A program made the position numbers and the translations under genes. DNA of 60,512 nt from Coniocarpon cinnabarinum. Its lineage: Eukaryota. Positions 11,384 through 23,469 of this stretch are shown here, piece after piece. The stretch is taken from positions 1 to 60,512 of the forward strand of contig JAVECO010000147.1 in NCBI GenBank assembly GCA_051942205.1, given 5' to 3'. The stretch's first letter is position 1; every line of letters starts with the position of its first letter. The notes beneath the pieces were generated by a model. It ran no database searches. It saw only the letters and a list, made by a program, of their open reading frames with translations, and was not told where the DNA came from.

Positions 11384-13231
11384 TCAACATCCAGAATATA
11401 CAGCCGTCACACCCCTCCCACATACTACCCTTTGTTCAAAGTCAACACGCCGGCCTTCCAATCTCACGCTACTCCAAGGTGTGGCGTGAAACCTGTGAAG
11501 CTCCCCTTTCGGCCGCTTTCCCTCTGCGACTTCCGCTCCTCGATCCAAAGGCTGAATATACGTCGGACTCGTGACGTTATTCCGCCTCCCTGTACCTAAT
11601 TGGTAGAACTCGTTGTTTCCAAAGAAGAGCACGTCGCTTCCCCAATTCGTGTCATTCTCGCTACTGCGCTCGTTTGCAGACAGGTAGGTGATATTTGAAA
11701 GGGTCGCAGCCGCGTGATTGGCGCCGACGGTTAGATCACGGAGTTTGATCGAGACGGCTCGGCGCTTGCCCTCGTCGTATTCGAAGAGGCCCGAGAGCGG
11801 TGCGATTTTGGTGGGTAATGACTGGACGTGCGTCCAGCGACCGTTGCCCAGTTGGCCCCAGATGCCGTGGCCAGCGGCCCAGACATCAGAGGTGACGCGA
11901 CCGATCATGCGGCGGGCGGCGTGATCTTCTTCATCGGCTGGCGTTGCGACACGTGTCGCGTCGATACTCAGAAACGTTGTGTTACCGCCCGCGAAGATAC
12001 GATCTACATGCGGACGCTGGGCGGTGCCCGTGTAGAGCTTGGTGATAGGAAGCAGGGAGGGAGCGTCGAAGAAGGTGCTTTCCTTGCTGGTTTCACCAGT
12101 GCCGAGTTGACCCTTCTGATTGTCGCCCCAGGCAAAAACACGGCCTTGCTTATCAAGAGCGACAGAATGGTAGTCGCCGGTGGCGATTTGAGAAATTCTG
12201 AAGCCATGCAAGCTTGAGAGTTCGTGAGGAGAGTCGTATCGGCCTGAGGGGCGCGTGAACCATGTCAGGCCGGGGATGCCAAGTTGACCTCGAGAAGGAT
12301 ATTCATCATTACAGGCGGCGAAGGAAAAGACACGGCCTGAGGAGGTAAGCATGAGGGCATGCTCCAGGCCTGAGGAGATGGAGGTGACGCGTTCGGTGTA
12401 GCCAAGTGAAGGTGGTGCAATGGTGCGATACGAGATGGGAGACTTGGAAGAGAAGAAATACCAAGACGTTTCTGTGGGCTTTGGACCAAGACTTTGTTCG
12501 TCGGCGGAGACGGATAGGGAGTAGACCTGGCCGGTATTGGAGAGGGCTAGGATGCGGTCATGAGACACTGCAAGAGAGACGAGGTTCTTTCCTTTCAGGG
12601 TGGGAATGGGGTTGAGTGCCGTTGGATCGTAGTCGACACCCCATTGAAGCAAATCTCCTCTTTCATCGATGGCGGCACCAAATGTTCTGGTGAGTTTCAT
12701 GTCTCGGAGTATTTGTCCATCAAACATCTTTAACCATCTTGGGTTCCTAATAATCCCCTCCTTCGCATCCGGCGCCGCCACCTTGCCATTGTTATCTCCC
12801 CAGATCCACACACCAGGGTTTTCCCAGCTCTTCTTCACTTGCAGGTGCTGACTGCTGATCTGGTCCCGTACTTGCTCTTTCGACGCATCTTGTGACGGGT
12901 ATCGGCTATCTTCAAAAACAAGATCCTTTGGGTCGAGAGACATTGGTTTCGTATCAGACTTGTCGCCGGCGGAGTCGGATACGAAAGAAGGAGGTCCCTC
13001 CGCATAAGCATCGCTGAATGGAGAGAGCGCCCCATTGTACCATGTGAAGATGGTAGTGATCGATCCCGTAGTCACAACAAATGCAAGCGATCGGTATAGG
13101 TGTGTCTGCCGCCTCACAGCGTTTGGAGATGTTGGGTGGAAGCCATAACGCCGTCTCTGAAAATGTGCCCTACACTGCGAACACTGCAGCTTGACCCAGG
13201 TCGTCCTCGAAGCTCCGCCCTTAGCAAACAT
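11384..13231 (-). CDS. fmp25: Mitochondrial RCC1/BLIP-II repeat protein Fmp25
   Basis: Intronless 615-aa ORF with a mitochondrial-type N-terminus, ISSQHLQVKKSWENPGV, and RCC1 repeats (SGLEHALML..SGRVF, GDYHSVALD..GRVFAWGDN.KGQLG). Confidence 0.88.
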   Translation of the reverse strand: MFAKGGASRTTWVKLQCSQCRAHFQRRRYGFHPTSPNAVRRQTHLYRSLAFVVTTGSITTIFTWYNGALSPFSDAYAEGPPSFVSDSAGDKSDTKPMSLDPKDLVFEDSRYPSQDASKEQVRDQISSQHLQVKKSWENPGVWIWGDNNGKVAAPDAKEGIIRNPRWLKMFDGQILRDMKLTRTFGAAIDERGDLLQWGVDYDPTALNPIPTLKGKNLVSLAVSHDRILALSNTGQVYSLSVSADEQSLGPKPTETSWYFFSSKSPISYRTIAPPSLGYTERVTSISSGLEHALMLTSSGRVFSFAACNDEYPSRGQLGIPGLTWFTRPSGRYDSPHELSSLHGFRISQIATGDYHSVALDKQGRVFAWGDNQKGQLGTGETSKESTFFDAPSLLPITKLYTGTAQRPHVDRIFAGGNTTFLSIDATRVATPADEEDHAARRMIGRVTSDVWAAGHGIWGQLGNGRWTHVQSLPTKIAPLSGLFEYDEGKRRAVSIKLRDLTVGANHAAATLSNITYLSANERSSENDTNWGSDVLFFGNNEFYQLGTGRRNNVTSPTYIQPLDRGAEVAEGKRPKGELHRFHATPWSSVRLEGRRVDFEQRVVCGRGVTAVYSGC

Positions 13232-14273
13232 GGTGCGGCGCTGAAGTAAATTTTAACACTTTGGAACGATAATGCAGACAGTCATTGATATAATGAAGTC
13301 TTCTTAGACTTGGGATGCCTGTGAGTACAGTGTTTAGAATACAGCGCAGCTGCAAGTGAAGGCACTCGGTGTCGTTCGTCGAAAGGTCTCAGATCTGCCT
13401 ATATCGACATCATTGGTCCGTGCACAGATTTGGTTTCCACTATTCCGGCAGGGTCACGATATTGCACCTCTTTTTAACCCGTCACCGTGAAAATACATTC
13501 GTGTTTACTTGCAATTTTTCTGGGTTGTTGATATGGACGCGAACGTGGCTATATAGAGCGTGGAAGCTGATCATCGCTGTTACAGTAAGACTGTCAACAT
13601 CGCGCAGACTTGAGAGATACTCTATTTCAAGAAGCTGCCATACAGTTCTGAGATCCAATTTGGAAAAGCCGAACACTTTCGCCTCATCCTTGTTGGATCT
13701 AGAAAGTCCAATTCCGACTGGCGGTGATAGCCAGAACCCTCATTTGAATGTATGCCCACAGCGTTGCCAAACATCTCCCACTCTCTTCACGTGCCCATGC
13801 TGGAAGTATCCTGCTAAACCCTAGTGTCGCCTAACTGGGCATCCACGCAGCCCGTCGTTCACCTTGCGTTTTTTATATGTGGCTTCCCATTTTGATGAGC
13901 GAACTGCCTTCTGGTCTTAGGTTAGTCTTGTGAGGCATTAGCGAAGTTGCTCTAAGTTGTCAAAAGCATTAGTGAATTGTGTCGCCTTCCCCGTTGTAAG
14001 ATGTCCAGTACATGGGCTCCGGCCGGCTTGTGATGTGCGAAAACACTGGCGTGAGAGCCTGCAAGGCGCCAGCACAGTAGGGTCTGATCCCCAAGATGGG
14101 ATATGTATACCGCGCCACGGACGTTGAAGAAGCTTCGCACTTCTTCTGGGTCCATTTATGCGCGCTGTGTCTGCTGCTTCGCGGAAAGCATCTGTCGAGC
14201 GCAGCGAAATATGTATGGCTGACGACATTTTCGTTGATGCCACAGGAAAACTAGCAACAGCAGTGCCAAATGC

Positions 14274-15899
14274 TCAGCCAAAGAAGTTGCCACCGGGAAA
14301 TTGGAATTGAAAAGGTCCTCCACCGGGTCCACCAGGTCCGCCACCACTACGGAACACAAATTGCTGACCACCACCGGGTCCACCAAAACCAGCGAACGGA
14401 TTGCCGCCGCCTTCGAAGGGATTGCCACCTTGAGGATGTCCAGCCGTTGGATCGTTAGGATCTTCACCATTGTCGTATCTCTGCTTGAGGTCCGGATCAG
14501 CTAGGACTTCATAGGCTTCGTTGATGGCAGCCATCTTCTTCTCTGCAGCTGGGCGGGCTTCCGGGTTCGTGACTTTGTCTGGGTGATTGATTTTGCTGAG
14601 TCGTCTGAAAGCCTTGCGAATATCCTTATCTGACGCATCGCGTGAAAGCTCGAGAACCTTGTAGTAATCCTTTGTCTTAGACTGCTTGAGTAATTTCTGC
14701 GCTTTCTGTATGAGCTCCTGTACCTTGCGATTCTGTTGCCCACCCGGTGCGTCTCTTGCTGCATTGAGCGTCTGGGTAGCACCTTCGAAGTCGTCTGCAT
14801 CGAGCTGAGCCTGAGCTTTGTGAAGAAGACCCGGCAGCGCCTGATGATCATGCGCGAGGAGGTCAGTGCAGAAAGGCTGTGCCTTTCTGAGATTGTTCAT
14901 CTCGATGTAAGCGTTACAAGACATGTAGAGAACTTTAGTAAGTAAATCTTCCGGCGCCTTGGGGTGAATCACATTTTCGTGACGGTATTCGCGCATGTCC
15001 TCTTTCACTATTTCAATGAGTCCCGGCTCCGCATCGTCAGAGGAGGACAGGATCTTAGCTAGGGAGCTGAAAGAACGCTTGGACTCAAGCTCTTCGGCTT
15101 TGCGTAGGGTCTTTTGGATTTTCTTTTGCTTTTTGAACAGCTTGTTGCAACGTTTCGAATCCGGATCATTTCTCAGACATTTCTTAACAGCATCTAAACC
15201 TCTGTCTAGCTCCCCCAGAGAGTAATACATCATCGCAGCGACTTGTACTGGAACATCTACAGCGCCGGAATTGAGGGTCTGTATTGCTTGAAGATCATTC
15301 AGGGCTTCTGTGACCTCACCCTTTTCGAATCGGCAACGCACTCTCAAGTTGCGGAGGTCCAAGGCGCCAACCGCCGTCATGATGGCGGTGCTTGCTTGAG
15401 TTACACATCCATCCCAGTCTCGTTTCTTAGCTGCACCCTTTGCGTTTCTTGCTGCATTCTCCGCTTCTTGGAGGCCCACTAACTCTTCACTGTTTTCGTC
15501 TTTCTTTGCAGCAAGGTAATCCTCGCGAGCACCTTTCCAATTCGCGCCTCGAGCTCTGAGTTTGGCGCGTTGATTGAGTGCCCCTTCAAAGCCAGGACGG
15601 ATCGACAGGACTTTATCAAAGTCCGCAAGCGCCTGTGGCGCTCGACCGGTAGATAGATACGCGGCGCCCCTTCTGAAGTAGGTTAAATAGTTCTTGGGAT
15701 CCCGGTGAACAGCAATTCCATAGTACGCGAGTGCGTCTAGCATTGACCCAGAAGCCTGAGACTTGGCAGCCAATGACAGTATCTCAGACACCGGGAGATC
15801 AGCGGCTTCCTCAGCGGGTGAGGCATCTACAAGATTTGCTGAGAGAATCGTAAGAAATAGCAGCAACACCCGCAGGTGACGGCTGATGTGCCCCAACAT
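14274..15899 (-). CDS. DNAJC3: ER-luminal TPR + DnaJ co-chaperone (DNAJC3/P58IPK, Jem1-like)
   Basis: Signal peptide, TPR repeats, a C-terminal J-domain (KDYYKVL...HPDK...INEAYEVL) and a G/F-rich tail. Confidence 0.92.
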   Translation of the reverse strand: MLGHISRHLRVLLLFLTILSANLVDASPAEEAADLPVSEILSLAAKSQASGSMLDALAYYGIAVHRDPKNYLTYFRRGAAYLSTGRAPQALADFDKVLSIRPGFEGALNQRAKLRARGANWKGAREDYLAAKKDENSEELVGLQEAENAARNAKGAAKKRDWDGCVTQASTAIMTAVGALDLRNLRVRCRFEKGEVTEALNDLQAIQTLNSGAVDVPVQVAAMMYYSLGELDRGLDAVKKCLRNDPDSKRCNKLFKKQKKIQKTLRKAEELESKRSFSSLAKILSSSDDAEPGLIEIVKEDMREYRHENVIHPKAPEDLLTKVLYMSCNAYIEMNNLRKAQPFCTDLLAHDHQALPGLLHKAQAQLDADDFEGATQTLNAARDAPGGQQNRKVQELIQKAQKLLKQSKTKDYYKVLELSRDASDKDIRKAFRRLSKINHPDKVTNPEARPAAEKKMAAINEAYEVLADPDLKQRYDNGEDPNDPTAGHPQGGNPFEGGGNPFAGFGGPGGGQQFVFRSGGGPGGPGGGPFQFQFPGGNFFG

Positions 15900-16157
15900 G
15901 CTTGCAACGAGAAGATGAGTGAAGAGCAGAAACGAAAGAAGGACAAGTGTAGGAATGTATAGTCGTATTCGGATGAAAGAAGGTGCCTGAGCAGAGCGTT
16001 TCTAAATTTGGACTAGCGTGAAGTGCGCTTTCGCTATTGACCGCAAAGCTCTGATGCCACAAAGCTGTGAATTTGCTCAATCCCTAAGACACTGTTTGAG
16101 CATGCAAAACTTTGGAAACGCCTTCGTACTAATAATCAGGGTCTAGGCAGTTCCATC

Positions 16158-17806
16158 ATGTCTCACGATTACATTTTGAACGAGTCCAGCGTTGGATATG
16201 CAGTGCGTTGAGCTCCTGGTGAAAGCAAGTTTGCGCGAGTTGACATGTACCTTTGAAGGTCTTCCAGATCGTGCGACAACCCGACACAGTGGGCAATGCT
16301 CTCGTCGAGGTTCAAAAAGACTTGACGAACCTCGCGCTGTTTGGTCAAATGGTAAAAGTCGTCAGTTTCATGCCATTCAAGGGCGCACAGCATGCTCTTG
16401 AAAACATCAACGAGATCTCCGAAGGCCTGCTACCCGACTATCTTCGCGATACAATCGATACTGCGTTGCCAAAACCTTCCAAAAAGCACATCATAAAGCT
16501 TGGTGTGGCTGAAAAGAACCTTGCTGGGAGCATCAAGGAAGCTTTTCCCAACCTCGAAGTCCAAACGGCAGACACGGACAAGATTGTTGCAGACCTCATT
16601 CGAGGAATCCGCCTGCATCAGGACAAACTTCTCGGCAAGCTGCAGTCTGGCGATGTGGAGCGAGCCCAGCTTGGATTGGGGCATTCTTACTCTCGCGCTA
16701 AGGTGAAGTTCAATGTCAACAGGAACGATAATCACATCATACAAGCTATCGCTACTCTCGATCATCTAGACAAGGCAGTCAATCAATTTTCGATGCGAGT
16801 CCGTGAATGGTACGGGTGGCACTTTCCAGAGCTTGTCCGCATCGTCTCTGACAACTACACGTACGCTCGCTTGGTGCTTGCGATAAAGGACAAAAGATCA
16901 CTCACATCAGAATCGGAATATGAGCTTGCAGCAATTGTTAGTGAGGACGCCCTGATCGCACGATCGATTATCGACGCCGCAAAAGTATCTATGGGTCAAG
17001 ATGTCGCAGAGTTGGACATGGAGAACATCGAGCATTTCGCTAAGCGCGTTGTGAACCTCACTGAATATCGCAAAAACCTGTCCGCCTATCTCATTGCGAA
17101 GATGTCCTCGGTTGCTCCAAACCTTGCGACGCTGATTGGGGAGACTGTAGCAGCTCGCTTGATATCACACGCGGGCTCTCTTACGAATCTGGCCAAGTAC
17201 CCAGCCTCCACTGTGCAAATACTCGGCGCTGAAAAGGCACTGTTCCGCGCTTTGAAGACCAAAAGTAATACGCCGAAATATGGGTTGATTTACCATTCTT
17301 CGTTCATCGGCCGTGCGGGTCTCAAGAATAAGGGCCGCATATCCAGATTTCTTGCAAATAAGTGCAGCATCGCATCAAGAATCGACAACTTTTCAGAGCT
17401 CCCAAGCACCCGATTCGGCGACGCCCTCAAGAAGCAAGTCGAAGAAAGGTTGGAGTTTTACTCCTCTGGTACTGCACCGACGAAAAATGAAGACGCCATG
17501 AAGGCTGCCATGGACGGTGTGTTGCGCGAAATGGCAAATGGCCAAGCCGTTGCTGGTGCAGAGGAACAAGACGCTGACGTGGATGACGCAATGGCGGATG
17601 CAGTCGACGAAGCAGAGAGCAAGGATGAAAGACGAAAGCGAAAGGAGGAAAAGCGAAAGGCGAAAGAAGAGAAGAAAGCTAAGAAGGAGACGAAGCTGAA
17701 CGGTGAAGTGAGCAAGAAAGACAAGAAGCGCAAGACCATAGACGGTGACGACGGAGGGGAGAGAAAGAAGAAGAAAAAGGAGAAGCATAAACATAGCAAA
17801 GACTAA
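16158..17806 (+). CDS. nop56: Box C/D snoRNP protein Nop56 (Sik1)
   Basis: Exon 16158-16202 ([15 protein letters not shown]), intron 16203-16258, then exon 2. Motifs: [49 protein letters not shown] and a KKE/KKD tail. Confidence 0.96.
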
Positions 17807-19235
17807 ATGTCTTCGTCGCGATGCATACATAACGCGGATCTACTGGCGGAATCTGGTCATCTAAAACACAGCGAGGCGTCGTGGGCTCCTAGTCAAGACT
17901 TCACATATCCTATGCATGAATCTCTGAATAATCTTGAATGGCAAATTTCCAACGAGACTCAAGTCAGATCTGTGCTTCTGTAAGGGAATAAGAATCTTCA
18001 GAATTTCGTCAAATCCTCGACCTTGAAAACTTGAAAAGCCGCCATACCTTATTGATCTGTATCAACGTCTAAGCTCCATCTCTGATTATTCCATCCGAAG
18101 CTATTTGTTTTTTTTGACAACCATGAACGAGCAATGAATGGCAGATTTTCACAAGAGACACCTGTTCCTTTCTCTCGTTGTTGAACCAAGCTGTCCGGAC
18201 TTGTTCATGGAGGAACATTCTTCAGTGCTGATCATAGCTATCAAAGAAACGAAGCATGAGGGTGTCAAAGCAACACAGATATATTCTGCGTAGCAACGCA
18301 AGATCTGAGTAGCTGTCTGTGCACCTGACCTATCATCGTCTGTCTGCTAAGGACAGCCCACCGGCATGAATGGGAGCGCGAACTCGATATTCCATATTGT
18401 GGTATGGGCATAGCGTGGTTGCACATGGTCGCGTGGATTTGAATAGCACACGACGGCTCAGGAGACGCTCAGCTCTCCACACCTAGATTAATTATTGCGG
18501 TGCAAGGGCGGCATCGTCACATATGGCCGCACAAAATGTTTGAAAGACGAAGACATTTTGCCGATGGGCCGAGTTGACCGGTGAAGGTAATCTTTGCGAC
18601 GTTGCGGGCCTACCGGGTGGAGCTTTGCGCTTAGAGAAGGCGTCTGAAACGCGGACGACCAAGTCTTTGGGGATGTTCAAATTTTCGAGGCGTCAAGCAG
18701 CTTTACGCGGTTCTGCCGTTGTTTGCATGGCTTTGAAAGGACTTTTGCACAACGTCTCACAGAGCAGAAAGTCTGGCGGTTTACTTATGCCAAAGATCTG
18801 GAGACCGAATTCTTGAGGTTTACCTGCAAGCGTTGATAAATACTGGAAATGAAGCAGCATTGCTTTCTGAATTAGCATGCGTGCTCAAGCATGTCCATGC
18901 TTGATACAACTCGAAATGTGTTTTGGGGCTTCGGAAGGCGCTTCGGAAGAGAAACAAGCCAGCCTATGCGGCTCACGTAGACCGATCAATGCCCCATCAA
19001 TCCACACACATTGACGTTGCGAATATTCGGTGAGTCTAGTCCCACCTTGGTAGCCTTTGCACCATGTACATAGCCGAAGCTCTCTTTGCGGGGTCAAGAC
19101 CCTGCGAGCTTTCAAGCTTGCTGTGTCATGCGGATACACGCAAGCTGCAACGGAGCAAATGCGTCACAAAGCACCGTCGTCGACCTGCAGATATGATTAC
19201 GGATTCTGCAACGAATACGACACGAGTCAAGCGCC

Positions 19236-20346
19236 ATGCCATCATCTGAGGAGCAGATTGACAATTTCAGGAGCACAATCAAGCCCGCCGGCACGGGCAG
19301 ACTCAACGGGAAGATCGCGATAGTAACCGGAGGCTCGAGCAGTGTGGGTTGCAAAGCTTCCTTTCCAACCCAAAGCCTGGGTGTCTGGCCGCAGTAAGCT
19401 CATACACCGTCTGGTAGATCGGCCGCGCCATCTGTCTTGCGTATGCTCGCGAAGGGGCTAGAGTCGTCGTCGCCGACCTCCGTACAAGCTCCACCGATCC
19501 TTCTGAGTCTGTCGCAACGCATGAGCTGATCTCGCGCGCCGGCGGCCACTCGACGTTCTCCGAGCTCAATGTCGTCAGCAGCTCCGCTTTCGATTCCGTG
19601 GTGGACTCCACGTTTCGCGAGCATGGTCGTCTTGACATTCTTGTTAACAATGCGGGCGTCTCTGTAAGCCCGGACCAAGGTTCCGAGCGGCCGATATGGG
19701 AGCATACAGACCAAGCCTTTGACTTGGCAATGGATGTCAACGGTAAGGGAGTTTTCAATGGGACCCGGGGGGCGAGTCGGGTCATGGTTAAGCAGGAACC
19801 CGGGCCAAGCGGTGACAGAGGGTGGATCATCAATATTGCCAGCATTTACGGATTGACGGCCTTTCCGAACCTTGGTAAGTGATAAGTTTGGAAGAGGATG
19901 TGCAAAGGGAGAGCCACTCTCAGGATCTGCACTGACACGAGGCTCAGCGGCATATACAGCATCTAAATTTGCATGCATGGGGATGACCAGAGTTGCCGCG
20001 CTGGACTGTGCACCGCACAGGGTGCATGTGAACGCAATCTGTCCCGGCTGTAAGTATTGCCAATACGAACGTCGAGGGAAGCTACTGATACATTGAGAGA
20101 CGTCCAAACACCACTTTCGTCACGCGCATGGGACGCCAAAGACGAGGAGGTCAAGAAGCAGATCGAGAGCCTGCATCCATTCAAGGGCGTCGGGACAGCT
20201 GAGGACATCGCACCTGTGGCTGTATTCTTGGCGAGTGAGGATGCGCGATGGGTGACGGGGACCGGTATTCCTGTCGATGGGGTAAGAACTGAACATCTGT
20301 CTGAGACGCTTCGATGCTGATAATGATGCAGGGCTACATCCATTGA
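19236..20346 (+). CDS. Classical short-chain dehydrogenase/reductase
   Basis: Five exons (19236-19343, 19418-19874, 19948-20049, 20100-20281, 20332-20346) join in frame. Motifs: KIAIVTGGSSSIG, LDILVNNAG, IINIAS, YTASK, VNAICPG, TG..IPVDGGY. Confidence 0.88.
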
Positions 20347-23319
20347 GGTGTCAGATAATCATAAGCACACCACTCTCTCACCGGTACCTTCCATAGCCTC
20401 TAAAGCTCCAACTGCGTGTTTGCAATCAGCAGTGAAGGACATTGGATCACTGCGTTGCTCTTGGCTGGCCCACACAAGGTGGCCATGCCTTTTCGCTTGC
20501 ATGAGGCGCTTTTGAAAAAGAGATGCCTAATAGTGACTATGAGCATACCATCTGCTTCCATGATTTACCGCATGCATATAGACCCCGCCCATCCCCAGTG
20601 TCCGTATATGGTTAACGGTGCGCATTCTTGGAACGTTCGCAGACCATGGGAAATCTATTGTACCCTTAAAGAAGACTTTTGCTGGCGGCCGTGGGTGCCA
20701 ATGGCTGCTTTTGCCAGGCAAGGCCGACTTGCAGCACGACGTCTGCATGCACCATCTCCAAGCTCTGAGCCGCATAGCAAAGATTACTATTGTAAGCATA
20801 CATCGCCGATCAGCGCTCGCAGTGTGTGTCTGCCATTGGGAAAGGCGAGTGTGGAGTTGTCCCGAGAGGGCCACAGTCCTTGGCCGGCGCACGTGCTCTT
20901 GACCGCCCCTTTTTACGCGGCTGCCTGACAGTGACGTGAACACACCGGCATCCCCGTGCATTTCCTCCATACGAGCCAAGCTCGTCTGCACGATTCCCAG
21001 GGCCACGGTCTGCGGTCCCTTCGTATTCTGCAAGAATTGCAGAATGCGTGAAAGCCTGGGCTCGTCCGGTGCAGGGGTAGAGAAGCAAGCGATGACGGCG
21101 TCAGCAACTTTTCGATTGCGCCGCACTGCCGAGCTCTCATCGCTCCCTCAGCCCTGCCACCCCAGTATCACCCCGCGAATGGGATAATTTAGGTTCCTCT
21201 CAAGGCGTTGCTGGTGGCTGCTTGCTGGCCTGCTAGTGCTCATTCAAGGCTTGTGCCTGGCACCCGCGGCATCCACAGTGACACTTCGGCGCGGCACAGC
21301 TCCCAATCCTTCGCTGACACGCATGTCAAACTCACCGGGACCCTAGCCTCGACGTTTTGGACCCATTGTTTGACGTGAGGGGTATTTGTTTGCGGGCGAC
21401 GGAGATGCACAAAGAGACAGGATCAAGCTAAACGTCGACAGGGACATGTTCACGGTAATACATCCGGCGGAGGCCCTTGTCTCTCAAGGAGAAACGCGAG
21501 ACATCTCAAACTCAAGCCAGCAGGACGCCGAGACAATGGCGCCTGGCCACCCCAACCCCTGTAGATGCAAGATCGCCTGCACTGGCATCTGTAAGGTCCA
21601 GAGCGATACATTTGTTACATTGCCAGGGGTTGACGGGGGCATGAGCGCTGTGTGCCGTGCAGTGCTTAAGCGATCGGGTCTCTCGAAGAGTTACCGTATA
21701 ACCGCAAGCGCACTGACTATCACAGAACATCGTCATGCGGTGGGGCACAGGGCTGACAATCGTCTCACGGACGCGGAGGAGAGGGCAGAAAGCAGGATCG
21801 CGTGCAGAGGTTGCATTGAAGGCAGCATGGAGCAGGCGTTCGTCATTGCTCGAGAGGGCGGAAGAGGTCATTGAGCGGCAGGGCCAATCAGTGGGCGCGG
21901 GCAGGGATCTGCACTGCTCGCCAGGAGACGCGAACGCGTGGATAGCACGTTGCGGACGATATGATCCGAGCAACCCGCTGTGCTGCCCTTGCTGTGTGCG
22001 GCACGTCCGAGTCCGCCGCACGGATGTCTGGCTCGAAGGAGCAGGAGGGGAATTTCGCCATCAGCCATTCACGGTGGCCGGCGAGCAGAATGCGGAAATG
22101 AGCGCTGGCCAGCACGCCTGCACCGAGTCTGATTTGACCGCCAGTGCGATGCCGCGTGCAGGGACGCGCAGGGGTGTGGACGGAGGCATGCAAAAGCAGG
22201 CACGATGCGCGACGCACGATGCACGAGCGTTGCTGGCGATGAGGCCACCTCTGCACGAGGACGAGGACGAGGACGAGGGCCGGGCAGGCAGGCAGCCAGA
22301 AATAGTCGGTAAGCGAGAGAGAGCAGACAGGGCGAGAGACGAAGCCACAGATCCAGTTGAGTGCTGTGACCCCTTCAGTCGCCAGAGGATGTATCTGTGC
22401 AGTGAGTGAATACTGACTTCCATTCTGTACACGAATAGAAACAGGCGCGGTGCCTGTGGCTCATTCGTCTGCCTCGCCCGAAGCGGCCTAGCGCGCCGGC
22501 CCCGCGGGCCTTGCCAAATCCAAATCTCACAGCCTGCCAATCAAAGCCTGCGCCCACAGCGAGAAATACATGCTGCGCCTCGAGATGGGAGCGACGCTGC
22601 ACCTCGTCGAGGATGTAACTCTCGTACACCGACCAGCGTCCCAGTGCGCATCAGCAAAGGGCGGGATACGCCGTCGCTGCGCGTGCAGGCGGCCCTCGCC
22701 GGTGCATCGTTCTGCTCTCCGGCTTGTGCCCCAGCAGCATCATCGCCAGAAGGGGGCCGCACACTAAGATGGGCATGGCCACGCCCACCAAATCCTCCTT
22801 GCGCTCGCTGCTCGCTGCTCTTCTTTAAAGTACCTACTCAACGCCACCCCGAGGCCTCGTCAGTCTCCCATCCCAGCTTCCTCTCCCACCTCCAGCTTTC
22901 TGCCGCGTCTGATTCCGTCCATCGTCGCCACCCTCCACCCCCTCCAGGCATCCGAAGCATCCTAGCCTTCTCACCACACATCCGAAACGTCCAGACGATT
23001 ACGACATCACGACCAGCTGACCAATCTCGACTAACAGCCACGTCTGCACGTCTTGCGAGTGTTGGACGCGAGCAGCGTGCAAGTCCACCGTGTTTCCCTA
23101 TCAATTTGAGTATTCGGGCGCTACTCCAACAAGCATCCGCCGGAACCTAGTCCGACAAATCGCTATCCACGCCCCCGGGACCGCCGTCGACACTTCGTCA
23201 TTTTCAACGTTCAACGCGCTCAAGTGTCGTCTGCATTCAATTCCCTCTTCTCTTTCCCCAAAAATATACCTCATTCGACGACCATCTCTCCAAGTCTTTG
23301 AGAAGAACCAAGACTGCTC

Positions 23320-23434
23320 ATGAGAGGTGCCAGTGAAGACTGATCGCGTCTGGGATCCTGGCGAGGTACGCTTCTACCCAGCTAGCTCATCGTTACACGA
23401 GTCAAGGTTTCACCAGATCTAACTGCAGCCACAG
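23320..23434 (+). promoter_or_regulatory. uORF (MRGASED*) and 5'-UTR intron in the C2H2 TF leader
   Basis: ATG 23320 to TGA 23343. A canonical intron 23366-23434 (GTACGC..CTAAC..CAG) lies upstream of the main ATG at 23470. Confidence 0.5.
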
Positions 23435-23469
23435 GGTCGACCGCTGGTGCTGGACATCGGGTCCTCTTC

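Noticed and set aside
20416..23150. Many 100-220 aa overlapping ORFs on both strands
   Set aside because: GC-rich regulatory region upstream of the C2H2 TF. The products are R/A/C/P-rich with no motifs, as expected by chance.
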